Positions 12,214 to 25,580 of a DNA stretch of 64,000 nt are shown in pieces. Under the pieces are notes generated by a model. It did no database searches and was not told the origin of the DNA. It worked only from the letters and a program-made list of their open reading frames with translations. Position numbers and translations under genes: made by a program. The stretch is from Octopus sinensis (lineage: Eukaryota), in NCBI RefSeq assembly GCF_006345805.1, contig NC_043002.1:106082001-106146000 (forward strand). Reading direction: 5' to 3'. Position 1 is the first letter of the stretch, and each line of letters starts with the position of its first letter.

Positions 12214-13382
12214 TGAGGTGGTATCCAAAAGTAACTGGAAGCAATTTTCTGTGGAACAAAGCCTGTTGCAGTTCAGGCTTCTGCTGCTAGAAGTCACTTG
12301 ATGTAACCCTCAGGCATCAGCCTGCCAACCAGCAGCAGCGAGTGTTCTTCCATGTGGTGCATCTTTGTTTTGTAGTGCTTCTTACCTGTTCATCAATTTT
12401 TGCAGTAGCTGAAACAAAGGAACAGTGTGCTTCTATGAAATTTTATTTTCTGCTGGAGAAAGTAGTGGCCAAAACAGTTGCAATGTTTCAAACAGCTTAC
12501 AAGGGCACAGCCATGACCAAAATACAAGTTTGTGAATGGTTTATGTGCTTGTTGCTTGAAGACCCTCCTTGTTCAGGGCAACTGTCAACCTCCTGAACAA
12601 ATGAAAACATCACAAAAATTCATTCTTGGAGGATCATTTCTGAACAATTGATGAACTTGACCAATGTATCCTGCCAATGAATTTTGAGCAAGGAATTGCA
12701 GCAAAATTTGTGCCTTGCTTACTCACAGACGATCAAAAGCAGTCCTGACTGAATGTATGTCATAAACTGTAAGAACAGTTGACCTTCCAGGTCAGTGGAA
12801 GCATTCAATGTCACCATGCCCCAAAAATGTGTATCAAGTGAAGTCCAATGTCAAGATGATGCTGATTTGTTGCATCAATGCGAAAGGAATTGTCCACACT
12901 GAATTTGCTCCTCCTGGTCAAACTGCCAACCAGACATTTTTCTTGGCGGTCTTGAAGTGTTTGTGAGACGTGGTGAGATGAAAACGTCCCAACCTGCGAC
13001 AAATTGAAGAGTGGTAGTTTCATCACAACAATGCACCTCCATGCACACCTTGAGTGTGAGAAAGTTTTTGCCAAAAATGGCATAACCTACACTTACCCAT
13101 CTTCCCTATTCCCTCTGACTTTTTTTCTGTTCCCCCAAATGGATGAAAAAAATCCTTAAAGGAAAACGTTTTGCAGATGTGGAAGAGGTGAAGAAAAAAA
13201 CAGATGCATTAAAAAACTTCACTGACAAGAATTCCAGGACTGCTTCGAACATTGGAAAATACACCTGGGCCAATGCATTGCTTCAAATGGAGAATATTTT
13301 GAAGGTGATAAAAGTGTAAACATGTAAAACTACAGGAATAAAATAATATTGCAAAATTCTGATTTCTTTTGGGTCCCCCTCA
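12214..13382 (+). mobile_element. Decayed mariner (Tc1/mariner) DNA transposon with pseudogenised transposase
   Basis: TA flanks and imperfect TIRs (tgaggtggtatccaaaag / cttttgggtccccctca). Transposase remnants EQCASMKF, QVCEWF, LEDPPCSGQLSTS, KSNVKMMLI, GIVHTEFAPPGQT, HHNNAP and a broken HPPYS..DFFLFP motif, with stops and deletions. Confidence 0.92.
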
Positions 13383-13607
13383 TATTTCCTTAAAATCTAA
13401 ACATTTTACAGCATAATTATCACCAAAACCTTTTCATTAGATTCATGGTCATGCTGCTTGTGATGCAGTGTATTTTACATTTCTTTTATGAATTTAGTGA
13501 TGACAAAGTTGTTTTGTTTTCTTCTTTTAATGAATTAATAAATTTGTTTTCTTGACTCCATGTCATTACACATTTTCTGTCTCTGTGTCTTTGTGCTGCA
13601 CCTCTAG

Positions 13608-13695
13608 GTCGAATGTAAGAAAGCTCAACCGAAAGAAGTGATGTTACCAACCACATTGGCAGCAAGAGGGCGAGGGCTGACACGGGGAGCCTATG
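13608..13695 (+). CDS. msi: Musashi exon: end of RRM2 and RG-containing linker
   Basis: Pyrimidine tract plus TAG acceptor, GTAAGT donor at 13696. Phase 0 to phase 1; VECKKAQPKEVMLPTTLAARGRGLTRGAY continues in frame from the previous exon and matches the Musashi VECKKAQPKEVM motif. Confidence 0.97.
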
Positions 13696-14896
13696 GTAAG
13701 TGAAGCCAAATTCCTAAATGTGTCTGTCAGGGCATAGAGGGGATCCAGTTTGGTAAAATATAATAGAGGTATCTCATTAGTTTGTTTTAGCTGTCATAGG
13801 CCAGCTGGAGCACTGCCTTTACAGGAATGTAAAAAAGAAAACTAGTCCTGAGTTTATATGAGATGTATTTTCTTTGTTAATTTATAATTAAGATCTTAAT
13901 TGAATTAAGACCTCATTAGTTATGAAGGCAATTCCACAAAAATAATGGATAATGTATATGTTCTGGACAAAAATATTTAGAAAAGAAAAATAAATGCTCT
14001 CTTGTAGCCAGACAATTGTACAAAAATTCACACAACCATAGACATATACCACCATCTGCATTACCCCCTCCCCTCACACGCACACACACATATCACACAC
14101 ACAAAACATCATCATAGTCATCACATACACACACCACCACAACAAACAAGGAGGCCTCTACATGGTCACTCAACTTCATAGAAATAGCAGCTAAACTACA
14201 CCTTACTGCCTTAAAAAGGGATACTTTTTGATAATTGTGTGCTTTAGCCTCAAGTTGATATGTAGGCAAAAATGGGATGGAAACAGGTGGAATACATTTC
14301 ATCATAGACCTGCTTTGTTAGTATTGTCCTGGGGTTAAAGAACAATACATGCTCACATCACCACACAGTTACACACATACACACTCACAGCTGTTAACAT
14401 AGAAATAAATACCCACACCACCATCACCATATCAAATCACACTAGTTGTCCTAAATCAAATATACCTTGAATGCAGTCCTGTTGCTACTGGCAACTCCCC
14501 CTCTCCCCCACTTCAGTGCTGCGTCTCTGCAGTCAGTTCACTCTGCACTGCTGCAATATTGTATAGTAGTGATTTCATTAGACTACTAGTGTTGACATAA
14601 TGATGATAGTGATAATTATAACAATAATTTTTTGTCATAGAATTTTGGGGGAAGAGAATGGCAGTCGACTGGTACTTTATTTAATTGGCCCACAAATGCA
14701 TGACAGGTAGAGTTGACATTGATGGAATTGGGATTTGAACTCAAAACAGAAGAGTCATAACTAACTGCCCCAAATCTCATGTCTAATAATTCTCTTTGTT
14801 CACCAATCTTGTATATTAATAACAATAAGAAGAATGAGTTCGTAAATAAATATAAGACCAGAATATTTTTCAGTAAGCCCTAGTATTTGACTGGTA

Positions 14897-15185
14897 CATC
14901 ATCATCATCATTTAACCTCCATCTTCCATGCTGACATGGGTTGGATGGTTTGACAGGAGCCAGCCAGGTAGAAGACTACACCTGGCTGCTGTGTCTGTTT
15001 TGGCATGGTTTTTATGGGTGGATGCCATTCCTAACACCAACTACCCCATAGAGTGGACCGAGTGCTTTTTACGTGGCACCAGCACAAGTGAGATCAGTTT
15101 TGGCATGGTTTTTACAGCTGGATGCTCTTTCAAATGCCAACTACTTCACAGTGTGGACTGGATGCTTTTTACATGGCACCAACAC
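14897..15185 (-). mobile_element. SINE-like family C, reverse orientation
   Basis: (cat)n-ttaa...ccatgctgacatgggttggatggtttgac...ggatgccattcctaacaccaac is the reverse complement of the family C 3' part. Confidence 0.8.
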
Positions 15186-15772
15186 ATGCTTCATTAAGCC
15201 TTGAAAGATAAGGTTAACCTAAGTATTTGTGGCTGGAGAGACAGTTACACATTTTGACTCAAAGGTGTAGATAATTCTATTAATCTCCGTACATGACTGC
15301 TACTTTTTTTATACACCTCAGGAGGGAGATTGATGAGAATTGACTATTGTTAAGAAGTTACCTCCACAACTTCATGGGTACTGCTTCAAACCTTCTGTGT
15401 AGTACCTCAGGCAAGTGTCCTTGCCCATAATTTTGGGTTGGCCAAACCATTGTGGAATTTGTGAGGGAACTTGTTGGAGATTCCATTTCCGATCTTGCTG
15501 GATTCAATTCCTTAGTTACCACTAACGACAGGATTTCAATTTAGAATTCAATAGGCTGGAATATAATGCTGCCAAATATCCTTGCAATGTTCTGTCAGTT
15601 CCACTAATTCACCATCCTGGACAAGTACTTCATTTATCAGCCCTAAAAGAATGAAAGATCATGATGACGTCTGCAGGATTTGAACTCAGGGCATACTGAA
15701 CATAGCAAAATCCTGCAAGGCATTTTGTCCACTACCCTGACAATTTTACTGATAATAATTGTAAACATATTA

Positions 15773-15975
15773 AGACAGCAAGCTGGCAGAAATGTTAGCA
15801 CACCAAGCGAAATGCTTAACAGTATTTCGTCTCTTTACGTTCTGAGTTCAAATTCCATAGAGGTTGACGTTGCCTTTCATCCTTTCGGGGTCGATTAAAT
15901 AAGTACCAGTTGCGTACTGGTAATCAACTGGCTCCCTCCCCCAAAATTTTGGGCCTTGTGCCTAGAGTAGAAAAG
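15773..15975 (+). mobile_element. tRNA-derived SINE family A
   Basis: agctggcagaa...gttctgagttcaaattcc (B-box-like GTTCAAA)...gcctttcatcctttcggggtcgattaaataagtaccagt...ggccttgtgcctagagtagaa. Dozens of degenerate copies across the window. Confidence 0.85.
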
Positions 15976-18343
15976 AATAATTATAAACATATTATCTAAC
16001 ATAGGCACAAAGCCAGATATTTGTTGGGAGAGGTGAGTGGGTGAAATCAACTTCAGTGGTTGACATTTATTTTATTGGCATCGGAAAGAAATGAAAAGTA
16101 AAGTTGACTTCAGTGGGGTTTGAACTTAGAATGTGAATACCTTTTACTGAATACTACAGGGTATTATGTCAGTAATGAGCCTACCAACAATAATAGGAAC
16201 AGTTTCTGATTTAGATACAAGGCTAGCAATTTTTGAGGGGAAGGGGTAAGGTTAGTACTTTATTTCATTGACCCCTAACCACCACCACTGCCATCAGAGG
16301 GATGAAGGGCAAATCTGAGTTGAGCGTGATTTGAATCAGAACATTAAGAGCTGGAAGAAATATTGCAATGAATTTTTTCTGGTGCTCAGACATTTTTGCC
16401 AGCTCACTGCCTTAATAACAACAATAATAATGATAACGTTCTACCAGCCTCTCTCTCCACCCTCGGTTCTGATTCCCCTCTCATCCCAGCACATCTGTAT
16501 GTAACCCTTTCCCTCTAGATCTGCTGCAAAACATGTGCTTCTGTCTTGCATAGTATATGCAGTGCTGTTGATGTTGTGAATCTTTGCTATGTTTGTTTTT
16601 TGTTTTCTTTTCTTTTTACCTTTTTTGTATTTCTTCTGTCTTTCTTACCTTCTCCTTTTCTCCTCTCCACTCCACATTGCCGAGACACTTCAGTTGGCCC
16701 CCATCTAACAACATTTAGTCTAGCAGCTGTAATTTTAGTGGTGATTGCAGCATCACTGAAGCTGGTGGTAATGGTAGTGCTGCCGCTGATGATAGTGCTG
16801 TCGGTGGTAGTAATAGTGACCATCGTAATAATTATAATGTTAGCAATACTATCAGTAACAGTTTTATTTGTGTTGCTTGTTGGTGATTTATAATCCACCC
16901 CATGGTACTTATTTCAGCTAGGTGGCTTTAGCTAGAGAAACTTCAGTGTCTTGGCCATGGACATAACACAATGCTTTTTATATGATGTAAATTACTAACT
17001 GCTTCATTCCTGTAAAGTGATGAGATGCTCTTGCCTGAAGCCCCTTTGGTTTTATCATAGCTCTTTTGGATCCTGGCTAACCCAAGGCTAAACAAAACCA
17101 TAGGTAAAATACTGAAACCAGACCAAAATTTAAGCTTATAGTTTGTTCCCTTTCTGCTTCCTCCTCATCAGTAGGTTATGAGTTACAAATGTCTACAAGG
17201 ATCTCAACTGTGAGGCTTGATAGATCTCAGCCAGTGATCTCTTTACATACAAAAATATTCATTGCCCAACCCCTGTCAGCATTATGAAAAAGGTTCTACA
17301 TGGGCAATTGATACACTGAAAATAAATCATATCACACTTTGCCATCTTAAGAAAAAAGTCTCAGTGTTTGATCTGAGCCAAGAGACATTTATGTCCTGAA
17401 GAAATGCCAGAAGGCCGAAACACCTTTCATTGTAAGTCTACTGGATTTGTAGATAAACAACAGAAGGGCCATTATGGCGGCTTGGACATACTAGAAATTG
17501 CCTCCCGGTCTCCCTCAAATAACACACTACAATCATAGAAATATTGTCTGAAAAGGACAAGATAGCCATGGCTAGAAAGCTGTTGATCATAGTCTGCTAG
17601 ATGAAGACCAACCTAGGGCTAAATAACAACAGAACATAACACTTCAACTTTCCTTTACTGTTTAAACATCTGCTTTATCTACCAGTTGCACAGGTTCAAA
17701 ACGCACCACATTATTGATGTGGAATCTTGTCCTAAATCCTGTGCTGTCACATCTGTTTCCATCTACTCTTTCCACATCTCTCCTATTCTTCTTCCACTCT
17801 AGGTATTCCCCACTACCAACACACAACAATCTTTTTCTCAGCATTTAAGCATTTGTTGTCTTTTCACATCACATGTCTACACCACTCTTATCACATCTAT
17901 TACTTCTCATACATCAACCTGATACCTTTTAATGCCCAACTGTATTTTTACATCACTTTTGTTTTTGTATTTAGTTGGGTTCAAATTCTATCAATTGTCC
18001 TTTCATCCTTTTGGGATCAATGAAATAAATATCAGTTAGGTTGTGGGGTCAACAAGTAAGTGATGCAATCACAGCACATTGTGATGGTCCATTTCTTGTC
18101 TTGAAAATCATTTTGGTTATGAGTTGGCTAAATTGTTAAAACATCAGACAACATACTTTGGGTTATTTCTTCTGGCTTTTTACATTCTAAGTTCAAATCC
18201 TGTCATGGGTAATCTTGTCTTATATCCTTCTTAGGATCAATAAAATGAAATACCTATTAAGTATCTAGGTTGATACAATCACATATTTCTTCTCAAAATT
18301 TTTGACCTCTTGCCTAAGTAGTCATTATTTATAAACAAAATCA

Positions 18344-18572
18344 TTAACCCTTTCGTTACTGTATTTATTTTGAGATGCTCTGTGTTTCTTTCAATTATTT
18401 TAAATATAACAAAGAATTTAGTAAAATAACTTAGTTATCATTCAGCTAATGTTAGGAACGTAAATTGCGACTAAGGCTTGGTGGAATATTTTAATTCAAA
18501 ACTTATGAAAACAAGACATTTGTACTACAGAGCCAGAGCCGGTTTTGGCCGGGTTGGTAACGAAAGGGTTAA
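18344..18572. mobile_element. TTAA-type (piggyBac-like) MITE, family 2
   Basis: Perfect terminal inverted repeat TTAA-ccctttcgttac ... gtaacgaaaggg-TTAA, 229 bp, non-coding. Decayed relative at ~56860-57065. Confidence 0.85.
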
Positions 18573-19234
18573 CAGAAATATTACCAGCAGATAGAATTAT
18601 CAGCACATTGGAGAAATTGTTTAGGGGAGTTTTTTCTGGCTTTTTATATTCAAACAACACCAAAGTCAACTTTACTATTTCTCCTTCCCGGGTCAACAAA
18701 ATAAAGTATGTCAAGTATTAGGGTCAATGTAATCAACTATGCAACATATCTGGCAAGGAGAATGCAAGTCAAACACTGCAGTTTATATGATTTCCTCCTC
18801 ACTAATTTCTGGCCTTTGTCTTGTGCCTTGTCTTGTAAAAATAAATTATTCATGTCATTATTATTATTAGAAGTAGTTATAATAATCCACCAATTCATTT
18901 ACTCCACTCACTATTTCTCTAAGAGTCATAGGGGTAGAGTCCTCAGGTACCTCCTCCCTAGGGTCCTATCAGATGCAACCAACTGAGACTAAGGATATTG
19001 TCAAGCCCTCAGCTGAAGAGCATTGTAGCTTCCGTTCTGAACATGAATACTGTCTTTCATAAAATTACTACTGTATCTCCTCCACACTCTGATAATCATG
19101 ATGTGGAAACAACTCCCTTCTGTTTTCCTTAAGTGCATTCATACAATTTAATTCAGTTCTTGTTTAACTGCTGGTTCAGTAGCTAACTCTATGCATCAAA
19201 AGCCTTCATTCCATATCTTTATATAGCTAGGGCT

Positions 19235-19422
19235 CTCTCTCTATCCGCTCAGTCGAAGTTGACTCTCGGTCACTCGTTGGATCAGTGTCCTCCAGTCAGT
19301 TCTATCCTGGGCCGCTTCCTTCAGATTGGCCACGTTCATTCCAGTATCACTCCTGATGGTGTCAAGCCAGCAGGTTCTTAGTCGGCCTCTTCCTCTCTTG
19401 CCACTGACCATTCCGAGCATGA
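19235..19422 (-). mobile_element. 5'-truncated RTE/BovB-like LINE 3' end
   Basis: Minus strand reads IMLGMVSGKRGRGRLRTCWLDTIRSDTGMNVANLKEAAQDRTDWRTLIQRVTESQLRLSG-stop followed by an (AG)n tail, typical of an RTE-BovB C-terminus. Flanked by the direct repeat tagggct (19228-19234, 19423-19429). Confidence 0.9.
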
Positions 19423-20123
19423 TAGGGCTACCTTATGTAATATCTATTTCGTTGCTTGGCTATTCTAGCTACTATTTCTAGCATGTCAACTATCTGGAGT
19501 ACAACATTGTTTTGCCATTGTTGTTTAGCCCCAGGTCACTCCTGATCCAGCAAACCCTATGATTATCAAAAAGATTCCATTCATGACATCCTTTTTGAAT
19601 ACAAGATTACTTTATGTATCCTCCCCACTTTTTAAACAGGTGGTGCTTTAATATGTCCTCACCTGAAATCATTTTATGATGAAAAAAAAAAAAGCAGGGC
19701 TGAAGGTGGATTTGGTTGTTATCTCTAGTGAATCAAATGACCACATAGTAGTTTTTCATTGGCTCAATCATCAGAATCTTTTGTTAGGGGTGATAGGAAT
19801 TACTAGGATATTATAGCTTTACTTTTATGGTGCCAACATATGGTGTTTGAAATTTTTTCTTTGATAAATATTTCAAGATTGCTAGAATAGGTCTGACATC
19901 TCTTCAGATTTAGAACTTTGCATAGATTGGGGGAAATATTAACAGTTGGCTGCTTCTCTGTTTTTCTTTTATTTGAAAAAGAAGAAAAACAACAACGCAA
20001 TTATACTAATATGCGCACACGCATGCAGACACATATACACATACACACATACAGCATTCTGCATTAATACATAAAGATCCCCTCAAGCATTAAATCATAG
20101 ATGGATATAGATGCTTTCATGCA

Positions 20124-20163
<40 letters not shown>

Positions 20164-20475
20164 TGCTTGTGTGTCCACAGGGTGAAACTGGAATACATAA
20201 AGATACAAATATGCATAATGAAAGCCAAACTAACACAAATAAATGTGAATCCTATATAGATACATAAATAAACATGACACTATTTTCTAGGAATTATTGT
20301 ATTTGTTATTGTTTTTAGTAGTTGTAGTAGTAGCTTTTGCTGTTTTATACCTTTTGTGATATATTCCCTCATCATGACACATGTTCCATGCTGCCTCATT
20401 GTAGAGATCTTGTGTATTGCTGGTGTGTGTATATAGATCTGTGCGTTTGGCTATAAGTATGGGTATGTGTGTATG

Positions 20476-20482
<7 letters not shown>

Positions 20483-20548
<66 letters not shown>

Positions 20549-20626
20549 ATAGAAATATTAAAATTACTAAGTCTCTCTAAAAGAGAACAACGGCAGCGTT
20601 CCCGGAAAATATTAGTATGGCGATAA

Positions 20627-20660
<34 letters not shown>
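20483..20660. repeat. (TA)n microsatellite cluster, representative of many (TA)n, (CA)n and (ATT)n tracts
   Basis: Directly visible. Similar tracts at ~4250-5010, 30430-30830, 41500-41540, 50360-50400, 51485-51690, 53320-53370 and 58090-58140. Confidence 0.95.
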
Positions 20661-20663
<3 letters not shown>

Positions 20664-21325
20664 GCACACACACTCAGACACTGTTTGCTCGTGTATAATT
20701 CACACTATTTCATAATTGATCTAAAATTAAAAAAAAAACATGGGCTTACTTGAATATGAAGGGGGACATTTTTGTTTCAAGATTTAACCCTGAAGTAGGG
20801 GTGTGACTTATGCATGAGTAAATATGGTATTTGTCTATGTATAATATGCTCATACACACTTTCGAATGTATGTCATAATATACATTACACATTTGCATGT
20901 GCGAGTGAATAAGGTTGTGTGTGTGCGTCTTACCTGGATCTGATGCCATTCCTTAAAGTTTAAAGCAATGATATCGTGGATGAGTTATGATGATAGCTAT
21001 TGTAAAACCTTTGTATACCGTTATATACACTGAGGTTGTGTTAGTCACTGTATTTTGGATGGTATCACAAAATACAATAAACGTGGATATAAAGGTATAC
21101 CCGTGTTTTATATAGCTATCAACACACTCACATTTTTTTATGGAAAAATGTATTTACTATATATATATATGCATGTGTATGTTTGGATATTTTGGGGATT
21201 GTGTAGCTATGCATATGCATGTATAAGTATTGTATTTGTGTGTGTATGTATATATGTCCTGCTGCTGCTGCCACTGGCTGACTAAAAACGACCAACCACC
21301 TTCTCTTTTTCTACTCCTGCTGTAG

Positions 21326-21385
21326 TGACAACAGATGGTGACGTTGTGTGGGATGTCCCAAGTGACCTAATCATGCCTGAATTCT
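21326..21385 (+). CDS. msi: Putative 60-nt cassette exon of Musashi (VTTDGDVVWDVPSDLIMPEF)
   Basis: CTGAC branch-like site near 21278, pyrimidine tract ttctctttttctactcctgctgtAG, GTAAGT donor at 21386. Length is a multiple of 3, phase 1-1, open in the required frame, and the sequence is non-repetitive. I recognise no homology. Confidence 0.65.
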
Positions 21386-24300
21386 GTAAGTTTACTGCAC
21401 CGTTATCCTCCTCCTACTATTCCTCCTCATCCTCTCCTCCTACTACTCCTACTCCATCAAATCACAGCCATCGTTTAATTTGTATTCAGTGTTAGAGATT
21501 ATTATTATTACTTTTACTACTACTACTACTACTATTACCAGAGAATTTATATTTTACTTTTGACACTTTTAAAACTATTATGCCTATATTTCTTTCAAAT
21601 TTTTCTTTCTACTCATCTAAATGTTTCTAAGAATATATATATATCTTCATATTACACAGATTACATTTACATAGTTACAAATGTTCCTTTCTCAGTCAAT
21701 TGACCTCACTAGCCTTTTTCTGGACTGTACAGCTTCATAGATTGAAAAGAAATGATATGCAACCTGTAATTGCTATTGTTGCATTTTCAAATATTTTATG
21801 TGATCACTGAAGTCAGCTGTTATATTAAAAAAAATGTTTTAAGAATTCCCTGAACAGAATTTGGGTATGTGCCTGCTGATTGACATTAGTTTACTTTTGT
21901 TTTAGCATAGGAGTTGGGGAGTAAATAATTTGGAATTTCTCTATGACAGGGATTGCAGAATTTTGACCCATTCCTAAATCTTAATGTTATCTAATATTTT
22001 GTAACATCTTATTGAAAATATTTATGTAAATTCGTTGTGGAACTTTTGACTAGAAATTTTACATTTTGGCCAGCACTTTGAAAATGAATATCTTAAGATT
22101 CTTTAGTTTGATATTTTGATGGTTAAAGAAGGAACAAAGCCATTAAATACAATATATATTAATTGGTGTACACAGCATTTATGAGTTCAAGAGGGAAGAT
22201 ATATTATTTAGTGCCAAGTTAGCTTCAGATCACCTTCAAACTGAGATCTATAATCAAAGATGTAATCACTGAAAAATGCAGTCCTTGCAAGTATACAAAA
22301 TGACACGGTGTGGCCTTCTTTTTAAGGTGGTAGTGTGATTTGGCTGTTGTTTATAGCATGTATAGTGACTATGTCTAGGCCCTGTCATTGACTTGCTCTG
22401 AACTACATGTCCTCAATACAGTTTATAACTTCTATGAATTTCAATCTTAAGGTATCAACAAAGATCTGCTAGAAACAAGCTATTCTGTCTGAAATAATAT
22501 TGTCTGGAGAAAGAAAGGACACAGTGGATAATGTAGTCCTCTGCTTAATAGAGAAATGACAGAATAGCCAGTGCTGGAATGTCCTCATCAAGTCTCCTCA
22601 AAAAATACAATACACGGTTTTTCAGCAATCAGCTTCATTGACAAAAGTACAAACAGTTAAATCTCTTTATTTTAAACTGAAAGAAATATCAGTTCCATAT
22701 GTTGAAAGAATCAATCTGCTAGAAATGGAGGCCAAATCCACCTGAAATCGCAAAAGGTGAGACACATTGACAATAGAAAGACATTTTTGATATGTGGTTC
22801 TGGATTGCAGCCTGACCGAAGAAAGATAGGATGATCATAATGTCTTTAATTATCGGCTGCTCTTGATCAGTGCTGACAGCAAACTTAATTGAATTTGTTT
22901 TTCTTCGTTCAACAGCAGCCTTTTATAAAAATGCGATGTTTCAACGGAGTTACCTCCCCCGAGGAAAGTGATCTCCCTTGTCTGCAAAATTCACAAAAAG
23001 AAAATTATTTTCTATGATGTGCATTGTGACTTCTCGTACTTGTGTCACACTTTGAGTTTTTACCCTTCTTAGGAAATAAACACCAATCAAACTTTTAGGA
23101 TTTTGAAACACGCTGCTCAAATCATACGCGGCCTGCTAGAAATAAAAGCAAAATTATAATTCATTTTAAACATACTATGACTGAATAACAGACTAGATAA
23201 GATCAACTGGAATGGATCATAACTGCTGTGTTAGCGCTCATCTGGAATTAAACATCAGTCAATGCTGTCACTGCACTGTTATTGTTCACACAACAGTTGA
23301 ATATACTGAAATTAGAAACTACTGAATCCTCTGATTTAATTCAATATCTCTTCCCACCATACACATTGCTCTTCACATGAGTACGTCTAACTCAAAACCC
23401 CTTGCTTAAACACCACCATCTGAACTTTGTCTTTACTTTCATTTTGTTGTAAGTGTTTTGACCATACACTCAAGACCTCCTACTCCTTAACATATGATTG
23501 TCCTGCAGGTTTTCAGAATTGTTTGAGTAACAGCACCTTTACAAATTAAACACATCTGAACTTACCTTTAAAATTTTTTTTGTAGTTATAAACAAAACGG
23601 GGAGCAGAGGAATTCCGAATATTATGAGTTAGGTTGCCTTGACCCACAGACCCATTCAACTGGAGCTAATTCCAGTATGGATGGTGTCTAAACTACTGAG
23701 AGTACAAAACTCCCTTCTGAATGAAATCCTGTTCATTGCTAAGTTAAACTACCAAGTGCAGTTAATACATTTTTTCAGCTGGGAGAATGAAGCAATCAGA
23801 GTGCCTTGCTCAGGGTAAAAAAATTGAGAAAAATCTAACAATTGTGAGCCCAATAAATAGTTAAACCATTTGGTCACTTGCTTATGCACACAAACACACA
23901 TACAATTACAAAGTATACATAGAATATGAAATGTGTGCTTATATAAAATGTTTGTGTGGTATATGTATATATATATATACCACATTTATGTATGTGTATG
24001 TAGCCAAGAGAAAATTTTCCAGTGGATAAGTATATTTCTATTCTATTACACATTAGGAGAATTACCAACATCCATTTTTGTTCTATACTAGCTTGGGTTG
24101 GGCAGACAGTGTATCTTCATTATCTCAACAGTAAAATTGACCACAGCAATTACTTCTTTTCTTGCTCAAAGCCAACATGGACTTTTGCCATTCAGCATAT
24201 ACTGAACACGGTTGAAAAAAGAAAAATAAATAAATTATTATGCTATTATTAGTACTGAATAACAATGATAATAGTCATTCTCATTGATTTTGACGTATGA

Positions 24301-24389
24301 GTGCTTGAAGAAAAGGACTAAGGGGAAAAAGAAAAAAGATGAAAAAAAAAGGGAGCTCCATCTGTTTATGATGAATATGTGAATGTAAT

Positions 24390-25580
24390 TTGAGTACAGG
24401 AATAGATGTTGCTATCAAATCACCATGGGACCAATGAGGATTTTGATTTTGCTTCAGATTGGACAAATATATCTGTTGATTGCAGCATATAATGCTTTTA
24501 TTGTTTCCTTTCTTCAACTCAAATTGTTTAGATGTATCGTGGCACATTTTACGCCACTCAGCTTAATCTAGGCAATAGCTTTTCCAAGATGTTACATTCA
24601 GTTGTAGGGATTTTAAAGATAGTTTCAACAACCTTAAACCTAAGAAGGGGTCTTCTTTTACTGTGGAATCCCTCTACTTGTTGGGTCACAATTTTCAGAA
24701 TGCAATCATCTTGCATTCAGGTATGTCCTGCCCATCTGCACTAAATTCTCAACAGCATGCTTTCAATACAGGAGATGTATGTCACATTTTTCTAAAATTT
24801 TGACTGCTGCTGATATTCTGCAGACGGCGCATGTAAGAAGTTTCAAGTTACTTTATATGTCTGTAGTTGGGAGTCCATACAAAAGTGTGTTCAAAATACA
24901 AGATTTGTATTCACTTATTTTAGTTTCCAAAACTGACTCTGTTTTGATCCCGCAAATGATGGGAAAGCTTTCCAAAAGCACTTGTGTAGCCTTAGATATT
25001 CTAACATTGTGCAGGTGGCACATAAAATAAGCACTATTTGGGCGTGGCCATTGCCAGTACCACCAAACTGGCCCTCGTGCCGGTAGCACATAAAAGCACC
25101 CACTACACTCTCGGAGTGGTTGGCGTTAGGAAGGGCATCCAGCTGTAGAAACTCTGCCAGATCAGATTGGAGTCTGGTTCGCCAGACCTTAGTCAAATCG
25201 TCCAACCCATGCTAACATGCAAAGCGGATGTTAAATGATGATGATGATGATTGCATCATCATGATTACTCTTAAATTTTACTGTATTTCCAAGGTATTTA
25301 AATCATCTGAGCCAGTTGAGTGGCATATTGTCATTCATCACGTTTGTATCTTGAGAGTATGCTCTGTTTCCAGCTTTGGTTGGAATAAAACTTCAGTTTT
25401 CTAAAAGCCCAAACCTGTTGACTATTTCCTGAATTCTTTCCAATGTATGAGAAATCAAAGTGCAATTATCAGTGAACAGAAACGCCTACAGAATCTCTTC
25501 CCTGGTCTTTTTCTTTGACCTGAATCTTTGCCTGTTTAAATTTAGTAGACTTCTGTCTGTGTGAGACTGAAATTGTATAC
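24390..25580 (-). mobile_element. Decayed RTE-clade LINE reverse transcriptase fragment, interrupted by a family C SINE
   Basis: Minus-strand remnants LFTDNCTL (FADD-like), FKYLG, TKISEYKSCILNTLLYG and RWAGH in the expected RT order, with many stops and frameshifts. Boundaries approximate. Confidence 0.75.

Noticed and set aside
16546-16898. Overlapping hydrophobic and Thr-rich ORFs resembling a membrane or mucin protein
   Set aside because: Derived from degenerate trinucleotide (GTG/GTA/ATA) low-complexity sequence, with no convincing exon boundaries.
17380-17425. CTGAAGA...GAAAC hammerhead-like core
   Set aside because: Stem II does not close next to the core, and there is no NUH triplet or stem III in the right place.
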